From Promethearchaeia archaeon (GTDB lineage: Archaea; Asgardarchaeota; Lokiarchaeia; Sigyniarchaeales; SOKP01): DNA of 64,000 nucleotides. Location: assembly GCA_029856145.1 (NCBI GenBank), contig JAHQWK010000002.1:181936-245935 (forward strand), written 5' to 3'. Below are positions 50,502 through 60,554 of the stretch, one piece after another. Under the pieces are notes generated by a model. The model made no database searches. It was given only the letters and a program-made list of their open reading frames with translations, and was not told the origin of the DNA. The position numbers were made by a program, and so were the translations under genes. Numbering within the stretch: position 1 is the stretch's first letter; the number at the start of each line of letters is the position of its first letter.

Positions 50502-51992
50502 ATGGTTGTGTTGAAATGGAATGGTAAAAAAAAAAGAAATGATATTCTTTTAGCTAAGCAAGAGACTAATCTTTTTCATATTACTGACATTTATCCTCCT
50601 TTTGGAATTGACTTTAAATTGGAAGAAAAATGGCAAAATTTGCTTATTTGGGGAGAAAATAAGTTAGTACTGAAATCACTATTAAAAGAATTTAGAAAAA
50701 AAATCTCTCTAATATATATCGATCCTCCGTTTGCCACAGGAGGAGATTTTAATCTCAAGATTCAAATAGGCGAAGGTGGAAAAACTCTTGATAATATCGC
50801 CTACAAAGATAAGTGGAGTGAAGGATTAGACTCTTATTTGGACTTCTTGTATGAAAGAATTCTTTTAATGAAAGAATTATTAGCTAGTAATGGTTCCATA
50901 TATGTACATTTAGATTGGCATAATTCCCATTATATAAAACTAATAATGGATGAGATTTTTGGAAATGAGAATTTTAGAAATGAAATAGTTTGGGCTTATC
51001 CTGCTGCCTCAGTTAAGACAAGGCGTTTTTTTATTAGATCCTATGATACTATTCTTTTCTATTCAAATTCTGATGATTACATTTTTAATGATGATCCAAA
51101 TATTTATATGGAATATTCAAATCGTGTTAAAAATGCTTTGAAGAAAGATGAATATGGAGTATTTTATTACCGTGGTGGAAGCCATAATGGAAAAAAATTA
51201 TCTAGAAAGGTTTATGTAGAACAAGATGGAATCTTCCCTAGAGATGTTTGGAATGATATACCTTACATAAGGGCAAATACATCAGAATATCAAGGTTTTT
51301 CTACTCAAAAACCAGAACGTCTTATAAGAAGAATTATCTTAGCTTCTACAAATGAAAGCGATATTATTGCTGATTTTTTTTGTGGTTCAGGTACCACATT
51401 AGCTGTAGCAGAGAAATTAGGAAGGCGTTGGATTGGGTGTGATTCAAATAAACATGCAATCCATATGATAAAGAAAAGAATTCTAAGTTTAAGTGAAAGT
51501 AATGATATTTTGAATTGGAAAAAGAAATACCAAAGAGAGCCGAGATCTTTTAAAATCTTAGCGATTGAAAAAAAGAAGGAAATGGATTCCATTCCTATAA
51601 TATTTTTAAGACAAGCTATAGATAAGGAGAAAAGACTTGAAATTAAAGAAACTCCAAATTTTAATGTAAAAATACACCAAAATGGAAATGAAATTGAGAT
51701 AGAATTGCTCAATTATGAAATTCCTTTTACAAATTTAATATTGGACAAAGTTAAAGAAAGTGTAAAATCATTCTCTGATTGGATTGATTATTGGGCTATT
51801 GATTTTGAGTACAAAAATAATGTTTTTAAAAACATTTGGACTTCCTACAGAACTCCTAAAAGTAGAATAATAAGCTTAAAATCAGACTCTTATCACTATA
51901 ATGAACCTGGCAATTATCGTGTAGTAGTAAAGACAATTGACATTTTTGGAATTGAAATAACAAAAAACTTTGAGATTAATATTATTTTATAA
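50502..51992 (+). CDS. Site-specific DNA amino-methyltransferase (beta class, Mod-like)
   Basis: IYIDPPF, TQKPERL, DFFCGSGTT, WIDYWAIDF C-terminal domain. Confidence 0.92.
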   Translation: MVVLKWNGKKKRNDILLAKQETNLFHITDIYPPFGIDFKLEEKWQNLLIWGENKLVLKSLLKEFRKKISLIYIDPPFATGGDFNLKIQIGEGGKTLDNIAYKDKWSEGLDSYLDFLYERILLMKELLASNGSIYVHLDWHNSHYIKLIMDEIFGNENFRNEIVWAYPAASVKTRRFFIRSYDTILFYSNSDDYIFNDDPNIYMEYSNRVKNALKKDEYGVFYYRGGSHNGKKLSRKVYVEQDGIFPRDVWNDIPYIRANTSEYQGFSTQKPERLIRRIILASTNESDIIADFFCGSGTTLAVAEKLGRRWIGCDSNKHAIHMIKKRILSLSESNDILNWKKKYQREPRSFKILAIEKKKEMDSIPIIFLRQAIDKEKRLEIKETPNFNVKIHQNGNEIEIELLNYEIPFTNLILDKVKESVKSFSDWIDYWAIDFEYKNNVFKNIWTSYRTPKSRIISLKSDSYHYNEPGNYRVVVKTIDIFGIEITKNFEINIIL

Positions 51993-53367
51993 GCTCTCTA
52001 ATTAACATTGTTGCATAACTTCCCTTCTGAAGTGAAAATTCTATTTTGACTTTATGCTTTCCAGGATTAAGTTCATCATTTGTAAATTCTAAGATTTTTA
52101 GCGAGGTTGGTTTAACCGTCATCGCCCTAATAGAACCTTTAAATTTTGTTTCCATGATTATTTTACTGGAGAAAATATTTTTATTGATATTTTCTTGTTT
52201 TGCAATTTCTTCAAATAATAATTTCATTAATGGAAATTCATCTAAATTAGTATTTGTACCGATAATCGGGATTATTATTGCTGCACGATTCAGATTTAAT
52301 GCTTTATTTAAATAACTATCATAAGAATTCCCATAAATGTATTTTACGGGAGTGATGTTTCCATTATAGTCGTCTAATATACTAATAACATCCCCCCTTA
52401 CAGGTTTAAATAAAGGAAGACCTTTTTCAACTCTTATTGATAACATTCTGTTAAATAAATATGATTGAAAAGAACTAATTAATAATTTTATCAAATCAGA
52501 GTGTAATGTTTTGATACAACCCTCATAATCTTCTGGATTATTAATTAAACAGTTGATCAGATTTCTTTCATATGTCAAATTTTTCGGAAATTCCCCATAA
52601 GCTTTTTCAAGATTTCCAGTATGTCTAAATTCTCTTCTAACTATTTTTGATTCTAAAGACTCAGTTGAATATGTGGTTGATACGATTTCTTCAAAAGCCT
52701 TTTTAAAATTAGCTTCCAGAAGACTACGTCCAACTATATGTGAATTTGGTCGATAATTTCCAAATCTTTGAAGCCCAAAATAGTTAGGAAATCCAAATTC
52801 ATTTAGGAATTTTATAAATTTCTCAATATTGCTTTTTAAATTCTTGTTAGGTACTAGATTTCTTAAGACAATTGTGAAATTATTTCCCCGATGACTTCCT
52901 AATTTAATTGGTTTTCTCGCTGGATGTATACTTCTAATAAAGATGTCATTTATTTTTAATTTTCTTAATTTTTCGATATAATTTCCCTTTATAGAAACTC
53001 GTTGAACTGAAATGGAATTTTTATCTTTTAACCCTGAATAATTAAATAGATCATAAGGAATTTTTAAGGCTTTACTAATTTTTCCTATGGCGTTAAAAGT
53101 ATCCCGGTTAACTTTTATCAAATTAAAAATTGTAAATTTATCCTTTAAATCCTCTGAAAAAGTGGTGATCGTATAATCTTCCTTTATATTAAGGATTTTT
53201 CCATTATTTATAATTTCTTTAACGATAAAATCCTTAAAATTTTTCTTGTATTCTCCCTTAATTCCCCTAATTTTGCTTGTGGCAAAAGCTTCAATTCCTA
53301 CAAACTTTTCTACTTCTCTTTCATCATCATTTATAAAAATATAAGAATCTATTTCTCGATCAGACAA
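51982..53367 (-). CDS. truD: tRNA pseudouridine(13) synthase TruD
   Basis: DFIVKEI, SGLKDK, GNNFTI, PNYFGLQRFG, GSYATMLIRE. Confidence 0.95.
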   Translation of the reverse strand: MSDREIDSYIFINDDEREVEKFVGIEAFATSKIRGIKGEYKKNFKDFIVKEIINNGKILNIKEDYTITTFSEDLKDKFTIFNLIKVNRDTFNAIGKISKALKIPYDLFNYSGLKDKNSISVQRVSIKGNYIEKLRKLKINDIFIRSIHPARKPIKLGSHRGNNFTIVLRNLVPNKNLKSNIEKFIKFLNEFGFPNYFGLQRFGNYRPNSHIVGRSLLEANFKKAFEEIVSTTYSTESLESKIVRREFRHTGNLEKAYGEFPKNLTYERNLINCLINNPEDYEGCIKTLHSDLIKLLISSFQSYLFNRMLSIRVEKGLPLFKPVRGDVISILDDYNGNITPVKYIYGNSYDSYLNKALNLNRAAIIIPIIGTNTNLDEFPLMKLLFEEIAKQENINKNIFSSKIIMETKFKGSIRAMTVKPTSLKILEFTNDELNPGKHKVKIEFSLQKGSYATMLIRELIK

Positions 53368-53390
53368 TTTTTTATCCTATACTTTTAATA

Positions 53391-53747
53391 TTATAATAAT
53401 TTTAAATCTCCCGTAATTTTATCAATCTTTGTCGATAAAACAGGCCCAATACCAACTGCAGTTGTAGTACCTGGTGTTAGTTGAGTTAATCCCGCATCAC
53501 TAACAACAAAATATGGAATTTCATTGGAATCAAGTTTGATTAATAATTCTTTTAATTGATCCATAGTTTGAATTTTAAGTACAACCTTTTTTTGCCCTGA
53601 ATTCTTCCAATTCTTCCATATTGTTTTATTTTGGACTCGGACAAAATCAGAGGCGGACACACTAGCATGACAAGACTGCGCACATTTTTTCCCGGTGCCC
53701 ATTTTCAAATCTATTCTAACTAAAATAACTTGTTTATATTCTTCCAC
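53391..53747 (-). CDS. pth2: Peptidyl-tRNA hydrolase Pth2
   Basis: [38 protein letters not shown]. Confidence 0.95.
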   Translation of the reverse strand: MEEYKQVILVRIDLKMGTGKKCAQSCHASVSASDFVRVQNKTIWKNWKNSGQKKVVLKIQTMDQLKELLIKLDSNEIPYFVVSDAGLTQLTPGTTTAVGIGPVLSTKIDKITGDLKLL

Positions 53748-53793
53748 GATAATCCTAGTAAATATTAAGAAATTAGCTAAATAAACTTATTGA

Positions 53794-54306
53794 TTATTGA
53801 AATTCTACTCTAGTAATATTTCCCGTCAATTCATAAATCAGTTCTTCAAGTTCTTCTTTAGTAAATAATAACTTTTCTCTATCATCATCCCAAAGGACAG
53901 CTCTGAATTGAATGTCACCAGTAGCTAAAAAAATTTCATTTAAAGATTTTAGTTTATAGGGATTGATTAAAGCTTCTACAACTGGGCGAGGTTTATTTGT
54001 TTTTTCAATAAAGATTAACTCATCAATTTCATATGTTTCTTTAATCCATGTAATCAAATCTGGTTTTATTTTTAATTTATCTTTCTTCCCAACTACCAAT
54101 ATTATTAAATCTTCATAATCAATCGCTTTATGAAATGAAATATTTCTAAGGAACGCAAATCGCTCCTCTTCTTCCTCTAATTGAAGCAAATCTTTTGCCA
54201 TATCAATCTCAAATTCAGTTATTTCTCCAGAATCAAGTCTAGCTTGACAATTAGTACATAAAAAGCCGGAATTTATACACGTTTTATCTGCTGGAAGATT
54301 TTTCAT
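53794..54306 (-). CDS. Archaeal NusA-like KH-domain protein (with Cys cluster)
   Basis: Typical position before pth2/truD; C..SG.LC..C...LDSGEITEFEID N-terminus. Confidence 0.7.
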   Translation of the reverse strand: MKNLPADKTCINSGFLCTNCQARLDSGEITEFEIDMAKDLLQLEEEEERFAFLRNISFHKAIDYEDLIILVVGKKDKLKIKPDLITWIKETYEIDELIFIEKTNKPRPVVEALINPYKLKSLNEIFLATGDIQFRAVLWDDDREKLLFTKEELEELIYELTGNITRVEFQ

Positions 54307-54529
54307 TGGTTTAAAACCAGGTTAAAAATTTCATGTTTTACATATTTCCAATATATCATCTTGATATAGAGTGCTACAATTGAGATCTATTAAAAATTGT
54401 TAATTAATTTTTTCATAAAGTCTCTTAAATATTACATTTATAAACAATTGAATCCTACGAATTAAACCAATCTCATAAAAAAGAAGAATATAACTAAAAA
54501 CACTTCATTTTTGAATTTATAGTATATTC

Positions 54530-55450
54530 TTATAAGCCTAATGATAGATATTCATTTATTTCTTGCTCAATTATTGAGATTTCTTGAAGATGTTGTTTAA
54601 ACTCCTCTTTTGGTATTTTGTCTCTGTTGAGTAAACTTTTTGCGAGAGTCTTATACTTTAATATAAAATTAGGGTCAGCAAAATTTTCAAGTTTTATACA
54701 AAAGGAATAAAGATATGAATAAGTTTCAGCATATTTAGAATAATCCAATGACTCTTTAACTTTATCTAAATAATACTGTAATCTTATTTTTCGATCTTTA
54801 ATCTCATCTTTAAGAGATTTTGATTCTGTTTGATACTCAATAAATTTCTCATCATCATGAAGTTTTTCTGAGATCTCTATCAATTTCTTTGAAATTTCAT
54901 ATTTCTTGATAAAGTTTTGTTCAATTAAATATTGAAGGCTAAGATCTTCTCTTTCTTTTAACAAATCTTCTCTTAATTGCTCAGATAAAGTCCCCTTCTG
55001 TTCCCAAATTGATTTTAAAAGTGTACTCTGATCAGTTGTTAGGGATGATCCTGCAATTAATTTTTTATCTGTAAGAATTAGCTGAATAATTTTTAAATCA
55101 AACATTTCAAGTTTTTCTGGTTTACGATCCCAATTAATAAATAAATCTTGATGATTAAATATAATTTCATTTATTTTAGGAATTAACTTTTGGACTTCTT
55201 TTATGTCTTCCTTATCAGTAATTATAACTAAATCAGATAATATTTCTGCAATTCGAGTAATTATTACAAAATATTTGCCCAATTCAATCGTATTCAATGA
55301 TTCTGTACTGCTTTCTGTAAGTTCTGACACAAATGTTTGTAGCGCAGAGAAGAATGAATCAAACATCTCTAATTTTTCATCACTTTGGAAACTTTTATTG
55401 TACAAAAGGTCTTTTGATTTACTCTGAAAAATGTAAAGTGCTTGAATCAT
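54530..55450 (-). CDS. Longin-like domain protein with helical C-terminus
   Basis: MIQALYIF...LLY...MFDSFFSALQTFVSE...LNTIELG. Confidence 0.72.
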   Translation of the reverse strand: MIQALYIFQSKSKDLLYNKSFQSDEKLEMFDSFFSALQTFVSELTESSTESLNTIELGKYFVIITRIAEILSDLVIITDKEDIKEVQKLIPKINEIIFNHQDLFINWDRKPEKLEMFDLKIIQLILTDKKLIAGSSLTTDQSTLLKSIWEQKGTLSEQLREDLLKEREDLSLQYLIEQNFIKKYEISKKLIEISEKLHDDEKFIEYQTESKSLKDEIKDRKIRLQYYLDKVKESLDYSKYAETYSYLYSFCIKLENFADPNFILKYKTLAKSLLNRDKIPKEEFKQHLQEISIIEQEINEYLSLGL

Positions 55451-55644
55451 CTTTAAATTACATTTTTTATAATTTATCTTAAAAATAAAAAATTACAACA
55501 TAATTTATAATTATCTTTTTCAAAAACAGGGTTTAATGAGTAGTAACTTCTATATATAAACGATTTTCAAAATAATCCTTGGAGTAAGTCAATCTCCGAA
55601 AATTTTAGTAGAATAAATTAAAGGAAATTAATTTAAATGGGATT

Positions 55645-55839
55645 TTATAATTCTATAATATCACAACTAATATTTCTCAGTAATCTTTCTGCACTTGCTG
55701 GATCAGTTTTATAAGTATAAAGAGTCTTCTTAGTTCTTAATTTTAATTTCACAAATTCCTTTAAACGCTTAACTCGACAATGAATTGCAAACTCAGAAAT
55801 CTCTAGAAACTTTTCTTGATCAAAAATTTCTCTTGGCAC
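55645..55839 (-). CDS. rpl38e: 50S ribosomal protein L38e
   Basis: MPREI.D.EKFLEI...CRVKR...VKLKLRTKKTLYT. Confidence 0.88.
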   Translation of the reverse strand: MPREIFDQEKFLEISEFAIHCRVKRLKEFVKLKLRTKKTLYTYKTDPASAERLLRNISCDIIEL

Positions 55840-56030
55840 GTTAACTCAACTAATCTTCCATAATGTAAAGTATGAATAGATCTATTAATTATAGAATTTT
55901 AATTTTATTATATTTTACAATGTTCTAAACAAAAATTTTATTTTGAATTATGTGTTTTAGAAAGTATTCTTATTTTTATAAATTCTAAATTTAATACTAA
56001 GAAACTGGAAAAAAAGAAAGGCTCAAGAAA

Positions 56031-56192
56031 ATGCCGATTGACGACCCTGTGAAACGCAGAATAGCCAGATACCATTTGTTGGAAAAATCAATATGCAGAA
56101 GGTGTGGAGCACTAAATCCAGTTAGAGCAAAGAAGTGTAGAAGATGCCGTGGGAAAGATCTTCGATTAAAGCGAAGAGAACTCACTAAATAA
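56031..56192 (+). CDS. rpl40e: 50S ribosomal protein L40e (53 aa, not in ORF track)
   Basis: MPIDDP...ICRRCGALNPVRAKKCRRCRGKDLRLK. Confidence 0.95.
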   Translation: MPIDDPVKRRIARYHLLEKSICRRCGALNPVRAKKCRRCRGKDLRLKRRELTK

Positions 56193-56379
56193 TTTAATAT
56201 CGTATTCTTTTTAGAGAAATCTCTGATTATTTAATCAAATAATTATAAAATTTGATTATATGATATTTTAGATTTCTAAATTCGTAAACTTTTTTAATTT
56301 TATGACTTAGAGATCTATATAAAGAAAATAAATATTAAAAAAATTATTCAATAATTAAATTAACAAAAAGTGAAAAATA

Positions 56380-58065
56380 ATGGCACAATTAGGCGGAACA
56401 CCCGTATTAATAATGAGAGAAGGTACAGAGAGACAACGCGGCAGAGATGCTATGCAAAATAATATCGCTGCTGCTATCGTTATCGCTGAAGCGATACGTA
56501 CATCATTAGGCCCTATGGGTATGGATAAAATGCTTGTTGACCAATTTGGTGATGTTGTCATTACCAACGATGGAGCAACCATTTTAAAAGAAATTGATGT
56601 ACAACATCCAGCCGCAAAAATGATGGTCGAAGTTGCAAAAACTCAAGATTCTGAAGTTGGTGATGGAACAACCACATCAGTGATTCTAGCAGGAGAATTA
56701 TTAAAAAGAGCCAAAAAACTTTTAGAACAAAAAATTCATCCAACTGTAATTACTGAAGGTTTTCGAAAAGCTGCTGATAAAGCAATTGAAATTTTAGACC
56801 GCATATCAGTAAAAAGTGGAATTGATGATAAAGAAGGCTTAAAAAACGCTGCTATGACTTGTATGTCCAGTAAGATTGTCTCAGAATCAAAAGAGAAATT
56901 AGCTCAAATTTGTATGGATGCAATTGTAGCTATTGCTGAACAATCTGATGATGGAAAATGGATTGCTGATATTGATAAAGTCCAAATTCAGAAGAAAGAA
57001 GGAGATTCAATTGACGATACTGGATTAATCAAGGGTATTATCCTAGATAAAGAAGTTGTAAGCCCTGGTATGCCAAAAAGCGTAAAAGATGTAAAAATCC
57101 TTTTACTTCAATCAGCTATCGAAATTGAAAAAACTGAATTTGATGCTAAACTTCAAATCACTAGCCCAGAGCAAATTCAGCAATTTTTGGATGAAGAAGA
57201 ACGTATGCTAAGAACAATGGTCGAAAAAATCGAAAATTCTGGAGCAAATGTTGTAATCTGCCAAAAAGGAATTGATGATATGGCTCAACACTTCCTTTCT
57301 AAAGCAGGAATCATGGCAGTAAGACGTGTTAAGAAATCTGACATTGAAAAACTCGCAAAAGCCACCGGCGGAATGATTTTTACGAATCTTGATGATATTA
57401 CCGCTGAAAAACTTGGATGGGCAGGATTGGTAGAAGAACGAAAAATCATGAACGACTCATGGATTTTCATCGAAGAATGTAAAGACCCTAAATCTGTTGT
57501 AATCCTTATAAGAGGTGGAACTGAACTTATCATTGATGAAGTTGATAGAGCTATTCATGATGCACTTTGCGTAGTAAGAGATGTCGTCGAAGACCAAAAA
57601 CTTGTAGGTGGTGGTGGCGCTCCAGAGGTTGAGACTGCTATCCAATTAAGAAAATTTGCCTCTACTCTAGGTGGACGTGAACAACTTGCTGTTGAAATAT
57701 TTGCCGATTCACTCGATATAATCCCAAAAACCCTCGCTGAAAATGCGGGCCTTGATCAAATTGATGCACTCATGAATTTAAGAACAGCTCATCAAAAAGG
57801 AAATAAATTCGCGGGAACTGACCTAGATACGGGAGATGTTGTTGATGATATGTTCAAAATTGGCGTCGTCGAACCAACCGTAGTTAAAATTCAAGCAATT
57901 AGAAGCTCTACCGAAGCAACGTCAATGATATTACGCATAGATGATGTTATTGCCTCTGCTAAATCCGCAATGCCTCCAATGCCTCCTGGTGGAGGAATGG
58001 GCGGTGGAATGGGTATGCCCCCGGGGATGGGCGGTGGAATGGGTATGCCCCCAGGTCTTATGTAA
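56380..58065 (+). CDS. ths: Thermosome (group II chaperonin) subunit
   Basis: LGPMGMDKM, TNDGATIL, GDGTTT, GGGAPE, RIDD, GGM-rich tail. Confidence 0.97.
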   Translation: MAQLGGTPVLIMREGTERQRGRDAMQNNIAAAIVIAEAIRTSLGPMGMDKMLVDQFGDVVITNDGATILKEIDVQHPAAKMMVEVAKTQDSEVGDGTTTSVILAGELLKRAKKLLEQKIHPTVITEGFRKAADKAIEILDRISVKSGIDDKEGLKNAAMTCMSSKIVSESKEKLAQICMDAIVAIAEQSDDGKWIADIDKVQIQKKEGDSIDDTGLIKGIILDKEVVSPGMPKSVKDVKILLLQSAIEIEKTEFDAKLQITSPEQIQQFLDEEERMLRTMVEKIENSGANVVICQKGIDDMAQHFLSKAGIMAVRRVKKSDIEKLAKATGGMIFTNLDDITAEKLGWAGLVEERKIMNDSWIFIEECKDPKSVVILIRGGTELIIDEVDRAIHDALCVVRDVVEDQKLVGGGGAPEVETAIQLRKFASTLGGREQLAVEIFADSLDIIPKTLAENAGLDQIDALMNLRTAHQKGNKFAGTDLDTGDVVDDMFKIGVVEPTVVKIQAIRSSTEATSMILRIDDVIASAKSAMPPMPPGGGMGGGMGMPPGMGGGMGMPPGLM

Positions 58066-58098
58066 AATCAATTATTTTATTTAATTTATTTTTTCTTT

Positions 58099-58275
58099 CT
58101 ATTTTTCTTTTAAAATTTTTGCAATATTTTGGGTTAATTCACATCCAACTATATCGATTCCGTTGATTGCCCATTTAAGTTGTTCTTTTATATCTTTTGA
58201 GGTCACGGATTTTTTTAATGCAGTTAAATCTACTCTCACTTCTACTAACAAATTGATAATTTCATCAATACTCAT
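58099..58275 (-). CDS. Small hypothetical helical protein (58 aa, not in ORF track; may extend to ATA at 58317)
   Basis: MSIDEIINLLVEVRVDLTALKKSVTSKDIKEQLKWAINGIDIVGCELTQNIAKILKEK. Confidence 0.55.
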   Translation of the reverse strand: MSIDEIINLLVEVRVDLTALKKSVTSKDIKEQLKWAINGIDIVGCELTQNIAKILKEK

Positions 58276-58478
58276 ATAAGGTGGGTTTACTTTTTCTTCT
58301 GTCTGATTATCTGTTATTTGACATCAACTCTTTTTTTTTATTTTTTTACTAGTATTTTGTCTGTATCTATTTAAACAAAAATCCCTTTACTTGATGGCAT
58401 TATATGGAGTTTTCCTTAACAAATGATGTTTAAATACTTTTTTTTAGACATAGTTTAAAAAAAGACATTAAATTAAAA

Positions 58479-60554
58479 ATGGTTAAAGAAAAAGAATCTC
58501 CGTATGGTTATATATATCGAGCAACTAATATTCAGAATGGAAAAAATTATATTGGACAAACCGTTACAAGTCGATGGGCAGATGATAAGATACCTATAGA
58601 AGAACGTTGGAATGAAGAGATTCGAGAGGGCTATGCCAAACAAAAAAGGGGAGAAAAACTTCGTTACATAGAAAATGCTGTTATTAAACATGGTGAAGAA
58701 AATTTTGAATTAAAAGTAGAAGATGTAGCAAATAATCAAGAGGAATTGGATGAAAAAGAGGATCATTATATAATAAAATATGACACAATGAATCCAGATA
58801 AAGGCTATAATATGAGAGAGGGAGGTCGAGGAGGTAGATTAAGTGAGGCACTAAAAGAATACTTAAGTAAAAGAGGAACAGAAAAATGGCAAGAGGATCT
58901 TGAATATCAGAACAAACAGATAAATGAAAGGCGAGAAAGAGCAAAAGATCCAGAATGGCTTGATAAGATGGCTGAGGTAAATCAAGAGATAGCAAGAAAT
59001 CCAGAGACTTTAGAGAAGATGAGTGAATCACTTTCAGAAAAATGGAAAGATCAGAAATATCAAGAAAATGTAAGTAGAGGAGTAAAAAATAATTGGCAAA
59101 CTGTTAAATTTCGAGAAAGACAGTTCAAAGCTAAAGTTCAAGGAAAGAGAGAAATCCAAGATAAAGGAGAATTCTTAAAAGATATTCAAGAGATGAAAAA
59201 AAAGGATTTGAACCTAAAACATGATATGGATGGTAAATGCATCAATGATAGAATAAAAGAAATGCTTGGACATCATGGAATAAACAATTTTTCTCAAGCT
59301 AAAAAATATCTTGAAAATAAAAATCTAGATAATGTGTTAAAAGATATCAATGAGAATATGAAGACTCAATCCCAGGATTTTAAGGGAAAAAAGGAAATCT
59401 CAAATAAACGAGAGTTTTTGGAAGATATTCAAAATATGCAAAGAAAAGATATCGATACCAAATACAATATGAATAGGACAACTGTTAATAAAAGAATCCG
59501 AGAGATGTTAGGTGAGCATGGGGTTAAGAATTATACAGAGGCGAAAAAATATCTTGAGGGTAAGAATCTCGATAAAGTTGTAAAGGATATAAATGAAAGA
59601 TTGAGTGATCAATCCCATAAATATGAGGGAAAGACTGAAATCTCTAATAAGCGAGAATTCTTAGAAGATATCCAAAACTTACAGAAAAATGAGATTGATA
59701 TGAAATATGGAATGGATGCAAAAACAGTGAATAACAAGATAGAAGAGATGTTAGGTGAGCATGGAGTAAGAAATTATACTGGGGCAAAGGAATATCTACA
59801 AGATAAAAATCTTGATGATGTTGTTAAGGATATCGAGGACAGAAGTAGTGAGAAACAAGATGATACTCCAGTATCAGAAAATGGTCTAAAAGGTTCAGCA
59901 CACGAGTCCAGAGAAGAGTCTGATATTAAAGTTCCTAATCAGGAATCTGATGAGGAAAAGAGTGAGGTGTCTATTGAAGATAACTCTGAGAAATCTTCTG
60001 AAGATGATAAAGAGGATACCAAAGAAGAATCAGCAACTGAAACCGCACATGAGTCTTCTATAATCAAGGCCAAAGATACTCCTGAAGAGGCGAATAATGA
60101 ACAAAGATTAGAGACAAGCGGGCTCCCACCAGGTAAACGTTCAGATCAAGAGATGATAGAAGAGCATATTAAAGCACATGAGGATTTTTTAGATAGAATG
60201 AATGAACTAAGTAAGAGAGGATGGGTTGATTATTACGTAGGTAAAACAATAGTTGTAAAAGATAGGAGTATGGACAATTGGGAACGCCCAGAACCACATG
60301 AAAATACAAGTGGAAAAGATTATGATGGAATTGATAATTATTCCGATGCTGGTACTTCTAACTTAAATTCTGATTATAATGGTATTGACAAGTCATCTGA
60401 GAATGAATCTGATGATTTAAGGGGCATTGATGAAGACAATGAAGAGGGGGGAAAAGATTTTGAAGGAATTGATGATCACTCACGTGAAGGGAGTAAGGAT
60501 TATGAAGCGAGAGATGAGGAATATGGTACTGGTGAACATGGAGGAGAAGCATAG
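58479..60554 (+). CDS. GIY-YIG nuclease-domain protein with three 81-aa repeats and an acidic tail
   Basis: GYIYRATNIQNGKNYIGQT...R...E...GYN (homing-endonuclease-type GIY-YIG); internal repeats. Confidence 0.85.
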   Translation: MVKEKESPYGYIYRATNIQNGKNYIGQTVTSRWADDKIPIEERWNEEIREGYAKQKRGEKLRYIENAVIKHGEENFELKVEDVANNQEELDEKEDHYIIKYDTMNPDKGYNMREGGRGGRLSEALKEYLSKRGTEKWQEDLEYQNKQINERRERAKDPEWLDKMAEVNQEIARNPETLEKMSESLSEKWKDQKYQENVSRGVKNNWQTVKFRERQFKAKVQGKREIQDKGEFLKDIQEMKKKDLNLKHDMDGKCINDRIKEMLGHHGINNFSQAKKYLENKNLDNVLKDINENMKTQSQDFKGKKEISNKREFLEDIQNMQRKDIDTKYNMNRTTVNKRIREMLGEHGVKNYTEAKKYLEGKNLDKVVKDINERLSDQSHKYEGKTEISNKREFLEDIQNLQKNEIDMKYGMDAKTVNNKIEEMLGEHGVRNYTGAKEYLQDKNLDDVVKDIEDRSSEKQDDTPVSENGLKGSAHESREESDIKVPNQESDEEKSEVSIEDNSEKSSEDDKEDTKEESATETAHESSIIKAKDTPEEANNEQRLETSGLPPGKRSDQEMIEEHIKAHEDFLDRMNELSKRGWVDYYVGKTIVVKDRSMDNWERPEPHENTSGKDYDGIDNYSDAGTSNLNSDYNGIDKSSENESDDLRGIDEDNEEGGKDFEGIDDHSREGSKDYEARDEEYGTGEHGGEA
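59142..59840 (+). repeat. Three tandem 243-bp (81-aa) coding repeats
   Basis: Units start at 59142, 59385 and 59628 with GKxEI.(D/N)K.EFL.DIQ...EMLG.HG..N(F/Y)..AK.YL..KNLD.V.KDI. Confidence 0.9.

Noticed and set aside
57990-58056. 30-bp tandem repeat ATGGGCGGTGGAATGGGTATGCCCCC
   Set aside because: Encodes the ordinary GGM/PPG tail of the chaperonin; not CRISPR or mobile DNA
60427-60537. ORF-track N-terminal extension of the ATPase
   Set aside because: Overlaps the GIY-YIG tail; the SD-preceded ATG at 60538 is a better start
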